Assembly (NCBI GenBank): GCA_035528895.1
Contig: DATKXS010000157.1
Span: 1,843-65,842 of the forward strand
DNA length: 64,000 nucleotides
Direction: 5' to 3'
Source: Candidatus Desulfaltia sp.
Lineage (GTDB): Bacteria; Acidobacteriota; Aminicenantia; Aminicenantales; UBA8522
In this document: in pieces, positions 54,789-64,000 of the stretch
How positions within the stretch are numbered: the stretch's first letter is position 1
Layout: each line of letters starts with the position of its first letter
Notes under the pieces: generated by a model
The model's input: only the letters and a program-made list of their open reading frames with translations
Database searches by the model: none
Told to the model about the DNA's origin: nothing
Program-made: the position numbers and the translations under genes

Positions 54789-56617
54789 TGTGCGGGATCA
54801 TCGGCTATCTCGGGCCCAAGCAGGCGCTTCCTGTTCTTCTGGACGGCCTGAAGAAACTTGAGTACAGGGGCTACGATTCCGCCGGTGTCGCCATCCTCCA
54901 TAACAACACGATCCAGGTCAGGCGGGTCAAGGGCAAGATCCGTGACCTCGAAGAGAGCCTGAAGGCGTCGCCGCTCGAGGGACGCTGCGGGCTGGGACAT
55001 ACCCGCTGGGCGACCCACGGCCGGCCGAGCGAGGAGAACGCCCATCCGCACCGCGACTGTACGGGGTCCCTGGTCGTCGTCCATAACGGCATCATCGAGA
55101 ACTATCTCCCGCTCAAGGAAAAGCTCAGCGGTGAAGGCCATGCCTTCCAGACGGAGACGGACACAGAGGTCATCGCCCACCTCGTGGAAAAATATTTCGA
55201 GGGATCGCTGGAGAGCGCAGTGCGGCGGGCCCTCCAGGACCTCGAAGGGGCCTACGCCGTGGCCGTCATCTCGGCGCGGGATCCCGACAAGATCGTCGCC
55301 GCCAAGACGGGCCCTCCGGCCGTGGTCGGCCTGGGAGACGAAGAATCCTTCATCTCCTCCGATATCAATCCCATCCTCAGCCACACGTCCCGGGTCGTCT
55401 TTCTGGAAGATAACGAAATGGCCGTGTTGGAGCCCGCCGGCGTGCGCTTCCTGGATTCTCAGGGGAATCCTTTGAACAAGACGGTCGAACACCTCTCCTG
55501 GAATCCCTTGATGATCGAGAAAAAAGGCTTCAAGCATTTCATGCTCAAGGAGATCTTCGAACAACCCCAGGTCATCCGGGACACACTCGAGGGCCGGATC
55601 TCCCAGGGATCGGGTCGGACCTACTTGGATGAAACGGGGCTTTCCCCCCGGCTGATGCAAGATCTCGAGAAGGTCCTGGTCATCGCCTGTGGAACGTCCT
55701 ATCATGCCGGGATGGCGGGCAAGTATTTCATCGAATCACTGGCTCAGATCCCCGTGGCCGTTGAGTACGCCTCCGAGTACCGCTACCATGACCTCCTCCT
55801 GGACTCCAAAACCTTGGTGGTCGTCATCTCCCAATCCGGTGAAACGGCCGACACACTGGCCGCCCTGAGGGCGATCAAGAAAGCCGGTCGGCCCACTCTG
55901 GCCGTTTCCAACGTCATGAATTCGTCCATCCCCCGGGAAGCCGGGGCCGCCCTCTACACCCATGCCGGTCCCGAGATCGGCGTCGCCGCGACCAAGACCT
56001 TCACCGCCCAGCTGGCCGCCCTGGCGCTTCTGGCCCTTGGCCTGGCCCAGGCCAAGGGGAGAAGCGATGAAGGGGCTTCCCTCCCTCTGATCCAGGACCT
56101 GCTTTGCCTGCCGCATAAGCTGGAAAAAATCCTGGCTGAGGGAAAGCGTCTGGAAGACCTTGCCCAACGGTTTCTCGGCTTCTCCCATTTCCTCTACCTC
56201 GGCCGCTGGGTCAGCTTTCCGGTGGCGCTGGAGGGCGCCCTCAAGCTCAAAGAGATCTCCTATCTGCATGCCGAAGGGTATGCCGGCGGCGAGATGAAGC
56301 ACGGGCCGATCGCCCTGATCGATGAGAATATGCCCACCCTGGCCATCGTTCCCAAGGATCGGGCCTATGAGAAAATGCTCAGCAACATCTCCGAGATCAA
56401 GGCCAGGTCAGGATATGTCCTGGCCCTGGCTTTCGATGACGACAAGGAGATCATGAACCACGCGGACGAGGTCATCCGCGTCCCCGTCTGTTCCCCCCTC
56501 TGGAGTCCCTTCCTGACCGTCCTGCCGCTGCAACTTTTTGCTTACCATATCGCCGCCAAGCGCGGCGCGGACGTCGACCAGCCTCGGAATTTGGCAAAAA
56601 GCGTGACCGTCGAGTAA
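54788..56617 (+). CDS. glmS: glutamine--fructose-6-phosphate aminotransferase (isomerising)
   Basis: MCGIIGY N-terminal nucleophile, two SIS domains and the C-terminal ...AKSVTVE. Confidence 0.97.
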   Translation: MCGIIGYLGPKQALPVLLDGLKKLEYRGYDSAGVAILHNNTIQVRRVKGKIRDLEESLKASPLEGRCGLGHTRWATHGRPSEENAHPHRDCTGSLVVVHNGIIENYLPLKEKLSGEGHAFQTETDTEVIAHLVEKYFEGSLESAVRRALQDLEGAYAVAVISARDPDKIVAAKTGPPAVVGLGDEESFISSDINPILSHTSRVVFLEDNEMAVLEPAGVRFLDSQGNPLNKTVEHLSWNPLMIEKKGFKHFMLKEIFEQPQVIRDTLEGRISQGSGRTYLDETGLSPRLMQDLEKVLVIACGTSYHAGMAGKYFIESLAQIPVAVEYASEYRYHDLLLDSKTLVVVISQSGETADTLAALRAIKKAGRPTLAVSNVMNSSIPREAGAALYTHAGPEIGVAATKTFTAQLAALALLALGLAQAKGRSDEGASLPLIQDLLCLPHKLEKILAEGKRLEDLAQRFLGFSHFLYLGRWVSFPVALEGALKLKEISYLHAEGYAGGEMKHGPIALIDENMPTLAIVPKDRAYEKMLSNISEIKARSGYVLALAFDDDKEIMNHADEVIRVPVCSPLWSPFLTVLPLQLFAYHIAAKRGADVDQPRNLAKSVTVE

Positions 56618-56708
56618 AAGACCTCCATGTCTGGCCCGGCTTTTTTCTAGAGCGGTTCGTTCGTTGCCGCGGGCTCTCCGGCCCGTTAGCCTTTAAACGG
56701 GGGACGTT

Positions 56709-57529
56709 TCAGTATTTTATTTTGTATGCCTTGACACGTTGTTCATATGTGTCCGGGTTGATCGGTGGGATCCCGTATATTATCCCATCGTTGTACAGAC
56801 AATTTCGGGATATGGATTTCGATTTAAATGAGCACAGCCATTCTCCTTTTTCGCTAAAAACGTCGACGGCGTTTTCAAAATCCGGATCCTCGTTATCCTC
56901 ATCGGTCTCGCCCGAAATCACCCAAATGTTTTTCTTCTGATCTTGGAACATTTTCCTCACGACCGGCGGCGACTGAGGGAATTTCATCTCTCCCGTCTCT
57001 ATCTGGCGGCGGAAAAGCGAGATGAACCTGTCTCTGGCCTGTTTCGAGTATTCCTGGAGATCATATTTCCTGCCGAAAATCAGCTCCGGCTTTCCTTCCC
57101 CGGTGTATTTAATGATGGAATATTTATTGAGATTATCTTCAGGGAAATAGAATTCTCCGCGTCTTTGATGAAGAGCTTGGAGGGTCTGAAGAACTCATTG
57201 GGACCCTGTCCGGGGCCGCCGAAGGATCTGATGAATTGACCATTTTTATCGAAAACCGATATCGTGCTTTCATACGAATCAAGAATATACAGATTATTGT
57301 TTCCATCGAAATCCATAACATTGTCAAAGCCCCGACTTGTTTCCTTGCTGAACATGTTGATCCGGGTGACGTCGATGACATACAGTTTTTCCAGCTCGAT
57401 TTTTTTATCCGCGTACTTCGGCTGGGAAGAGCTCACTCGCACGGCTTCATGATTCGATGTGCACGATACAAGTACGATGCCGATAACGAAAGCACATGGA
57501 AAGAAACGATTCATCTTTTTTCTCGCCAA
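56709..57529 (-). pseudogene. frameshifted lipoprotein gene (beta-propeller/NHL-like repeat protein) within a low-GC islet
   Basis: N-terminal ORF 57080-57529 carries a lipobox (LVSC) and GGPGQGPNEFFRPS. The reading continues in another frame (GEFYFPEDNLNKYSIIKYTGEGKPELIFGRKYD...) into ORF 56709-56987. The frame switch lies near the GGGG run at ~57095-57110. Local GC is ~30-38% against ~63% for the window. Confidence 0.6.
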
Positions 57530-57806
57530 TGCATATGTTTATAGTATAGAAAATGGACCTTTATCAATAGATCGCACGGACTCACCTAATAGAATACCTG
57601 AAACTCCTGAAAAAATTCCCTATCGTCGGCCGCGGCTGAATGAGAGCCCAAGGATTACGAAAAATATTCGCCCGAGATCTCAGTCAGCAACAGTCACTTA
57701 TGGCCGCGGATAGGACCGTGTCGGCCTGGAATATTGCCATAAGATCATGGCCAGAAGAGAGAATCAGGTCGAAAAGACTTCTGGGCTGAAAACAGACGAG
57801 CTGGGG

Positions 57807-58940
57807 CTATTTCTTTTTCTTGGCGGGTTTCTTCCCGGCTTTCGGTTTAGCCGCCTTCTTTCCGTACCGGGCGATGAACTTTTCGGTCATCTCCCTGGCC
57901 TCGGTGTCGGTGTACTGCTTCGGCGGGGTTTTCATGAAGTAGGATGAGGGGGCGAATAGGGCGCCAGAGACACCGTTATTGAGGGCCAGCTTGGCGCAGC
58001 GGATGGCGTCGATGACCACACCGGCGGAATTGGGGGAATCCTCAACCGACAGGCGGCAGTCCAGATAGGTCGGGATATCGCCGAAGTGGCGGCTCTCGAT
58101 GCGCAGGAAGCAGAGCTTGTTGTCCTTCTGCCAGGGGACGTAATCGCTCGGGCCGACATGGACGTTGTCCGGTTCGATGCTCAGGCCGCGGGCCCTGATC
58201 TGGGAGGTCACGGCGTTGGTCTTGGAAATCTTTTTAGAGTGCAGCCTCTCCCTCTCCAGCATGTTGAGGAAGTCGGTGTTCCCGCCTGTGTTCAACTGGT
58301 AGGTCCTGTCGATGGGCATGCCGCGGTCGAGGTAGAGGTTGACCAGGGTCCGGTGGAGGATGGTCGCTCCGACCTGAGACTTGATGTCGTCACCGATGAT
58401 CGGCAGCCCGCGCGCCTCGAACCGTTTCTGCCAGTACCTCTCCGAGGCGATGAAGACCGGGATGCAGTTGACGAAGGCGCAGCCGGCCTCCAGGACCTGC
58501 TCGACGTACCATTTGGTGGCCTCTTCGCTCCCGACCGGGAGATAGCTCACCACCACGTCCGTTTTCGTCTCCCTGAGGATGGAGACGATGTCGGCCGTCG
58601 CTCCGGGCGCCTTCTGGATAATCTGGGAGAGATATTTGCCCAGGCCGTCGTGCGTCATGCCCCGGCGAACCTTGACGTTCTTATAGGGCACGTCGGCGAA
58701 CTTGGTTGTGTTGTTGGGCCAGGTGAAGACCGTCTCGCTCAGGTCTTTCCCCACCTTGTTCTTGTCGATGTCGAAGGCGGCGACGAATTCGACGTCCCGG
58801 ATATGATAGCCGCCCAGGTCGATGTGCATGACTCCGGGGATGAAATCCCCTTCCTTGGCGTTCCTATAGTATTCGATCCCCTGGACGAGCGAAGAGGCGC
58901 AGTTGCCCACGCCGATGATGGTGACTCTGATTTTGTCCAT
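57807..58940 (-). CDS. ino1: myo-inositol-1-phosphate synthase (archaeal/bacterial short type)
   Basis: NAD-binding N-terminus [15 protein letters not shown] and MIPS catalytic-domain conservation ([16 protein letters not shown]). Lys-rich C-terminal tail. Confidence 0.8.
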   Translation of the reverse strand: MDKIRVTIIGVGNCASSLVQGIEYYRNAKEGDFIPGVMHIDLGGYHIRDVEFVAAFDIDKNKVGKDLSETVFTWPNNTTKFADVPYKNVKVRRGMTHDGLGKYLSQIIQKAPGATADIVSILRETKTDVVVSYLPVGSEEATKWYVEQVLEAGCAFVNCIPVFIASERYWQKRFEARGLPIIGDDIKSQVGATILHRTLVNLYLDRGMPIDRTYQLNTGGNTDFLNMLERERLHSKKISKTNAVTSQIRARGLSIEPDNVHVGPSDYVPWQKDNKLCFLRIESRHFGDIPTYLDCRLSVEDSPNSAGVVIDAIRCAKLALNNGVSGALFAPSSYFMKTPPKQYTDTEAREMTEKFIARYGKKAAKPKAGKKPAKKKK

Positions 58941-58944
58941 GAGC

Positions 58945-59613
58945 TCAGACCTCCTTATCCTTGGTCATTTGTTTTTCGATCTTTCTGACGAGCAGCGTCC
59001 GGTCGATGGCCGTGATATTGGAGATGACGGCGATGGCGGTCAGGACGATGATCATCGCCGGGTCGAAGACCTTGAAGATCATCCCGATCAGGGTGCCGAG
59101 AACCAGGAGGATCATCCGTTCGGCCCGCTGCATGAACCCGACTCGGCACTCGATCCCCAGCCCTTCGGCCCGGGCCCGGGTGTAGCTGACCATGGTCGAT
59201 CCCAGGAAGGTGAAGAACGGGATCCACATCGGCCAGCGGCCGCGGAAGTAGTAGGCCAGGCCGAAATAGATGAAGAACTCCGAATAGCGGTCAAGGGTGG
59301 AATCGAAGATGGCCCCGTAAAGGCTCTTCTTGCCGGCTTTCACCGCGACTTTTCCGTCGACGACATCCAGGGCGCCGCAGATGAAGATCAGGACGGCCGC
59401 CCAGCCGGGGTGGTTGAAGGCGAAGAAGGCGCCGGCGGCGAGCCCAGCCAGCAGGGCGAAGAAAGTGATCAGGTTGGGACTGACGCCGAAGCGGACGAGA
59501 ACGTCGGCCAGCCGGTCGAGGCTGCCGAGGAATCCTTGGATCCATTTCTCAGGGATGGCGCTCAGCAGGCGGACCTTGGGATTGCGTGTCGTCGCTGCTG
59601 CGGATGGAGCCAT
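58945..59613 (-). CDS. CDP-alcohol phosphatidyltransferase (phosphatidylinositol-phosphate / inositol-phosphotransfer type candidate)
   Basis: CDP-OH-PT signature [30 protein letters not shown] (D-G-x2-A-R/K-x8-G-x3-D-x3-D). Start taken at ATG 59613 (MAPSAAATT). 4 nt from ino1. Confidence 0.7.
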   Translation of the reverse strand: MAPSAAATTRNPKVRLLSAIPEKWIQGFLGSLDRLADVLVRFGVSPNLITFFALLAGLAAGAFFAFNHPGWAAVLIFICGALDVVDGKVAVKAGKKSLYGAIFDSTLDRYSEFFIYFGLAYYFRGRWPMWIPFFTFLGSTMVSYTRARAEGLGIECRVGFMQRAERMILLVLGTLIGMIFKVFDPAMIIVLTAIAVISNITAIDRTLLVRKIEKQMTKDKEV

Positions 59614-59674
59614 TTCGGTTATTGAGGAAGTATAATAATGTACTAAAAGCCGGCCAGGAATCAAGAGGGGCTTT

Positions 59675-59884
59675 CTATTCGATCTTGATCTTCCTCTTCG
59701 GCTCGGCCCTCCGGCCTCCCTTCTTCTCGAGCGATTCGAGCCGGGCATCGATGAGCGAGCGGAGAGCTAGGAGCACTTCTTTTTTCGCCTTGAGAAGGTG
59801 CTCCTCGGCCTGGAGGGGGAGGAGCAGGGTGAAGAGCTCTTCGGGCAGGGAGATCTTGATTTCCCTCATTTTATCGGCGGCCAT
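59675..59884 (-). CDS. small hypothetical protein, possible ribbon-helix-helix fold
   Basis: 69-aa ORF 2 nt downstream of the ArsA-like gene. The N-terminal EIKISLPEELFTLL resembles an RHH beta-strand and helix. Coding status is uncertain. Confidence 0.35.
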   Translation of the reverse strand: MAADKMREIKISLPEELFTLLLPLQAEEHLLKAKKEVLLALRSLIDARLESLEKKGGRRAEPKRKIKIE

Positions 59885-59886
59885 GC

Positions 59887-61065
59887 TTACGCCTCCTTAC
59901 GGTCGGATTGAAAGGTAATTCGCAGGCTTTCATCGACGAATTTCGCCCCCCGGATAGAATGGTTGAGGAGAACCCGGGGGAGCAGGATGTTCCTTTTCAA
60001 CGGTCCCACCCTGATGAACAGCTCTTCTCCCTTTTGGAAGAGGTCGAGGTCGCTCTTCTCCACAAAGGGAAGGTGCAGGGATAAGACAAAACGCCCGTCC
60101 TCTTTTTCGATCCGCAGGGGTTTTTGGGCGAAGAACAGGCGGGCGGGGTCCTTGCCCTGGTAGACGCCGGCTGCCAATTTTCCGAGGGAGGCTAGGCCGA
60201 CGATCTCCTGATGGGCGAGCTCGGCCGCCAGTATCGGGACCGGGGAGAAGCTTTCCTCGATCAAGCGGAGGTAGCCCTCCTGGATGGTCTTCCAGTTGCG
60301 AAAATAAGAGTCTTCGACCGAGGCCGGGATGACCCGGTTGACGAGGATCAGGTCGACGGCGTAGCCGAAGAGGCTGAAGAAGGTATAGGCCCTCTGGGCC
60401 TCCTTGATGACCATCTTTTCGGGATTGATGACCAGCCGGATGGAGGTCTTCCGTCCGTCCTCGAGGATCTCCTTCATCTCGGCCAGCTGGCCGGTCAGCT
60501 TCTTCATCGCTTCGAAGATGCTGTCCTCGGGGAAAGGGAAGGGGAGGATGCGGCTGGCCACTGGCCGGACCGCTTTGGCCGCCGTCCGCTGGATGGGGAA
60601 GATGTGTTTCAGGTACCAGTTGGTGATCTCCGGCGCGCTGAGGAGGCGCAGGGTATCACCGGTCGGAGCGCAATCGACGACGACCAGGTCGTAATCGGAA
60701 TTCCTGTTATAATTGCGGATCTCCATCAAGCTGAAGAGCTCCTCCATCCCGGGAAAGACACTCAGTTCTTCGGCCTCGATGGTGTCGATTCCCTGGGAAG
60801 CGAAAAGGGCCGTGAGATAGGCTTTGATCCCGCCCCATTTGGCTTCCATCTGTTCCTGGGCGTCGACCTCCTGGCCGAAGAGGTTGGCGGTGATCCTCTG
60901 CGCGGAGTTGCCGAGCTGGACCTCGAAGGAGTCGGAGAGGCTGTGGGCGGCATCCGTGGAGATGACCAGGGTTTTGTATCCCTGGCGGGCGGAGAGGAGG
61001 GCGGTGGCGGCGGCGAGTGTCGTTTTTCCGACGCCTCCCTTTCCGGTAAAAAGAAGTATCCGCAT
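59887..61065 (-). CDS. ArsA/GET3-family P-loop ATPase with C-terminal HSP20-like domain
   Basis: Deviant Walker A FTGKGGVGKTT, the ISTDAAHSLSD switch and VDCAPTG, with a C-terminal ~90-aa beta-sandwich-like tail (ArsA_HSP20 type). Confidence 0.8.
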   Translation of the reverse strand: MRILLFTGKGGVGKTTLAAATALLSARQGYKTLVISTDAAHSLSDSFEVQLGNSAQRITANLFGQEVDAQEQMEAKWGGIKAYLTALFASQGIDTIEAEELSVFPGMEELFSLMEIRNYNRNSDYDLVVVDCAPTGDTLRLLSAPEITNWYLKHIFPIQRTAAKAVRPVASRILPFPFPEDSIFEAMKKLTGQLAEMKEILEDGRKTSIRLVINPEKMVIKEAQRAYTFFSLFGYAVDLILVNRVIPASVEDSYFRNWKTIQEGYLRLIEESFSPVPILAAELAHQEIVGLASLGKLAAGVYQGKDPARLFFAQKPLRIEKEDGRFVLSLHLPFVEKSDLDLFQKGEELFIRVGPLKRNILLPRVLLNHSIRGAKFVDESLRITFQSDRKEA

Positions 61066-61203
61066 AGATCCTCTTCAATTCTAGCACCTATCCGGCAAGG
61101 AGGACAAGGGGCGGAGGGACGTTTCCCTGTCGCCGCTGCTGTGATATAATTGCTCCCCATCTTTTTTCCTCTCCGCGGCGACGACTCAGGGAAGGAGGCG
61201 CTC

Positions 61204-62772
61204 ATGAAACTTCGGACCTCTTGGGTGATCATACCGCTCATCGCTTTAGTCCTGCCCGTCTTTTCCCAAGATTCCGGAAGAGGGATTGCCGACTTGGCCA
61301 GGATTCAAAAGGGGCGCTCGGCCGCCGTCACTTCTTCTGACCCGGACCCAAGGAGCAACCTGGACCGGGTCACCTACATCGAACCCGGCGAAACGCTGGT
61401 CATGGCAGATATCCAAGGCCCTGGTGTCATCCAGCACATCTGGCTGACCTTCAATGAGGCCCGGCCCAACTGGCTGGAGAAGGGCGGCTCGGCCAGGCCC
61501 GATGAGATCGTCCTCCGCATGTACTGGGATGAGGCCGACCAGCCGGCCGTCGAGTCACCGCTCGGAGACTTCTTCGCCGCCGGTTTCGGCCTGAGGAGCG
61601 AGATCCGCTCCCATGCGGTGGCCGTCGAGGGGGGCGACGGCTATAACTGCTACTGGCCGATGCCCTTCCGGAAGAGGGCGAGGATCACGGCGACCAATGA
61701 AGGCGACAAGAAAGTGAGGAGCTTTTATTACCATATCGATTATCTCGAAGGGTGCGACCTGCCTCCCGATACTGCTTATTTCTGCGCCCAGTACAGGCAG
61801 GAGTTCCCCGAGCAACTCGGCCGGGATTATCTCGTCCTGGACGCCGAAGGACAGGGCCATTATGTGGGAACGGTGATGTCGGTCCGGTCCCGTTCTCCCC
61901 TCTGGTTCGGGGAGGGAGACGTGCGCATCTATATCGACGGCGATACGAAGCCGGCGATCCAGGGCACGGGGACCGAGGATTACTTCCTCTGTGCCTGGGG
62001 GCTCGAACCCTGCCTCTATCCCTTTTTCGGGTGCACTTATATGAGTGCCGCGGCCGACGACCTCGGCGTCCGCTACACGCTCTACAGGTGGCACGTCCTG
62101 GACCCGATCCGGTTCACGAAGTCCATCTGCTTCACCTTCGAGCACACCGGCTGGATCAGCGCCGACGAGACGGAGACCGGCCAGGTGGACGGGCACGTCG
62201 AACGGGAGGACGACATCGCCACAGTCGCCTTCTGGTACCAGGTCGGGCAGCCCAAGCGCTTCACGACGCTGCCGCCGCTCGAGAAGAGGATATTCCCTGA
62301 CCTGGACGTCGTCATCGAGGGGAAAGATCTTGTCCAGGGTGTGAAAGCGGCGGATGGGAGAGTCGATCTCCAGCCGGGGTATGACTGGACCGGAAGCGGC
62401 CAGTTGCTGTTTTCGCCCGCTGCGCCGAACCCGGCGATTGAGCTAGAATTCAGCGTCCAGAAAGAGGAATACCGGGGTTTGGTCCTGCGTATGACCAAGG
62501 CCGACAATTACGGCATCTACAGGATCCTCCTTGACGGGAAAGACATCGCCGAGCTCGAGCAGAAAGACCGGCTCAAGTCCGTCGATCTCTACTCGGAGCG
62601 CCTCACGGTCGGGGATGTCTATGTCGGGAGCCTCGCCCTGGCCGCGGGAAAGCATGCCCTCCGGCTGGAAGGCATCGGTCAAAACCCGAATTCCAAGGGA
62701 ATGCGGCTTGGACTGGATTCCCTCCGGCTTCGCGAGCGCTGGCTGAAGAAACGGCCGTCGCTCCGCAAATAG
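61204..62772 (+). CDS. secreted DUF2961-domain protein (GH172-like) with extra C-terminal domain
   Basis: AAGGAGG RBS before ATG 61204, signal peptide, and a core with YWPMPF, GTEDYF and WHV motifs that I recall from DUF2961. The C-terminal ~150 aa are beta-rich. Confidence 0.5.
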   Translation: MKLRTSWVIIPLIALVLPVFSQDSGRGIADLARIQKGRSAAVTSSDPDPRSNLDRVTYIEPGETLVMADIQGPGVIQHIWLTFNEARPNWLEKGGSARPDEIVLRMYWDEADQPAVESPLGDFFAAGFGLRSEIRSHAVAVEGGDGYNCYWPMPFRKRARITATNEGDKKVRSFYYHIDYLEGCDLPPDTAYFCAQYRQEFPEQLGRDYLVLDAEGQGHYVGTVMSVRSRSPLWFGEGDVRIYIDGDTKPAIQGTGTEDYFLCAWGLEPCLYPFFGCTYMSAAADDLGVRYTLYRWHVLDPIRFTKSICFTFEHTGWISADETETGQVDGHVEREDDIATVAFWYQVGQPKRFTTLPPLEKRIFPDLDVVIEGKDLVQGVKAADGRVDLQPGYDWTGSGQLLFSPAAPNPAIELEFSVQKEEYRGLVLRMTKADNYGIYRILLDGKDIAELEQKDRLKSVDLYSERLTVGDVYVGSLALAAGKHALRLEGIGQNPNSKGMRLGLDSLRLRERWLKKRPSLRK

Positions 62773-62812
62773 GTCACCTGGAAATTTGTCGATGGAAATA
62801 AAGGAGGTTTTC

Positions 62813-64000
62813 ATGAGACCCGTCTCCGGACTTTGCCCCAAAGCTATTTCCACCCTCGGCCTTTTCCTGCTTGCCTTGGTGTGGGTCTCTTTGGTCGGGG
62901 GCTGTTCAAAGAGCCCGGAACCTCAAGCTCCGCTGTCCGAGCACGACGCCCGGATGGCCTGGTGGCGCGAGGCCCGTTTCGGCCTGTTCATCCATTGGGG
63001 ACTGTACGCCATCCCGGCCGGCGAGTGGACCGGCGAGACCAACCACGCCGAATGGATCCGGACGACGGCCCGGATCCCGCTCGAGGTTTATGACCGCTTC
63101 GTCGGTCAGTTCAATCCCCTGAAGTTCGACGCCGAGGAGTGGGTCCGGATGGCCGAAGAGGCCGGCATGAAATACATCGTCATCACCTCGAAGCATCACG
63201 ACGGCTTCTGCCTCTTCGACTCCCGCTATACCGATTTCGACGTCATCTCGACGCCGTTCGGGCGCGACATCTTGAAGGAGCTCAGCGAGGCCTGCCGCCG
63301 GGCCGGGATCAGGATGTGCTGGTACCATTCGATCATGGACTGGCATCATCCCGATTACCTGCCGCGGCGGGACTGGGAGAAGGACCGCTCCTCGGCCGGC
63401 GCCGATTTCGACCGCTACGTCCAGCACCTGAAGAACCAGCTCGCCGAGCTCGTCGGCAACTACGGCGAGATCGGCGTCCTCTGGTTCGACGGAGAGTGGG
63501 AAAGCACCTGGAATCATGAGCGTGGCCGGGACCTCTATGATTATGTGCGCCGACTCCAGCCCAGCATCATCATCAACAACCGGGTCGATGTCGGTCGCTC
63601 CGGTATGCAGGGGCTGACCAAGGCCGGCGAATACGCCGGCGATTTCGGGACGCCGGAGCAGGAGGTCCCGCCGACCGGACTGCCGGGAGTGGACTGGGAG
63701 ACCTGCCTGACCATGAACGACAACTGGGGGTATAACAAGAACGATAACAACTGGAAATCCACCGAAGACCTGATCCGGACGCTGGCCGATATCGCCTCCA
63801 AGGGCGGGAATTTTCTGCTCAACGTCGGCCCGACGGCCGAGGGCGAATTCCCGCCGCCGAGCGTCGAGCGGCTCCGGGCAATCGGGAGCTGGATGAAAAG
63901 CAACGGGGAAGCGATCTACGGGACCCAGGCCAGCCCTTTCAAAGCCCTGGAGTGGGGGAGATGCACCCAGAAACCCGTCAAGGGCGGGATGCGGTTGTAC
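62813..64000 (+). CDS. alpha-L-fucosidase (GH29), lipoprotein; 3' end truncated by the window edge
   Basis: Lipobox LVGGCSKS. GH29 signatures WWREARFGLFIHWGLYA, HHDGF and WFDGEW. No stop codon before position 64000. Confidence 0.85.
   Translation, partial: MRPVSGLCPKAISTLGLFLLALVWVSLVGGCSKSPEPQAPLSEHDARMAWWREARFGLFIHWGLYAIPAGEWTGETNHAEWIRTTARIPLEVYDRFVGQFNPLKFDAEEWVRMAEEAGMKYIVITSKHHDGFCLFDSRYTDFDVISTPFGRDILKELSEACRRAGIRMCWYHSIMDWHHPDYLPRRDWEKDRSSAGADFDRYVQHLKNQLAELVGNYGEIGVLWFDGEWESTWNHERGRDLYDYVRRLQPSIIINNRVDVGRSGMQGLTKAGEYAGDFGTPEQEVPPTGLPGVDWETCLTMNDNWGYNKNDNNWKSTEDLIRTLADIASKGGNFLLNVGPTAEGEFPPPSVERLRAIGSWMKSNGEAIYGTQASPFKALEWGRCTQKPVKGGMRLY

Noticed and set aside
58086-58988. 300-aa plus-strand ORF and 58903-59625 (240 aa) overlapping ino1 and the CDP-alcohol transferase
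   Set aside because: Antisense artefacts with Asp/Gly/Arg-rich composition. The sense-strand genes have clear family signatures.
60211-61149. 312-aa plus-strand ORF antisense to the ArsA-like gene
   Set aside because: Low-complexity antisense frame. ArsA motifs on the minus strand are unambiguous.

Overview
High-GC (~60-65%) bacterial chromosomal segment, gene-dense, with frequent 1-4 nt start/stop overlaps. Its backbone is a complete division/cell-wall (dcw) cluster on the minus strand: mraZ-rsmH-ftsL-ftsI-murE-murF-mraY-murD-ftsW-murG-murC-ftsQ-ftsA-ftsZ. This cluster has no ddl or murB and is followed directly by a hutI-like amidohydrolase. The window also carries gyrB-gyrA, a larB-like/dnaG/rpoD/tRNA-Met string, lpxC, glmU-glmS, an amino-acid scavenging block (Tat-signal aldo/keto reductase, M20 amidohydrolase, APC permease), several secreted peptidases and a TonB-dependent receptor. 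Accessory-looking content, in order of position: (1) a vapBC toxin-antitoxin pair. (2) A 2.5-kb cassette encoding a di-heme cytochrome c peroxidase plus a signal-peptide/CXXCH/beta-barrel protein resembling Cyc2-type fused cytochrome-porins, bracketed by a decayed duplicate of the hutI 3' end. (3) A ~150-nt highly structured repeat family (two full copies with compensatory stem changes and one truncated copy), always in divergent intergenic regions. (4) A perfect 29-bp palindrome plus a 19-bp tandem duplication of the rpoD stop region upstream of a promoter-equipped tRNA-Met. (5) A ~1.1-kb low-GC (~30%) islet carrying a frameshifted lipoprotein gene. (6) An ArsA/Get3-HSP20 ATPase, small RHH-like ORF, CDP-alcohol phosphatidyltransferase and myo-inositol-1-phosphate synthase operon. 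No CRISPR array, rRNA or recognisable IS transposase was seen. Many long antisense ORFs in the six-frame track are high-GC artefacts.
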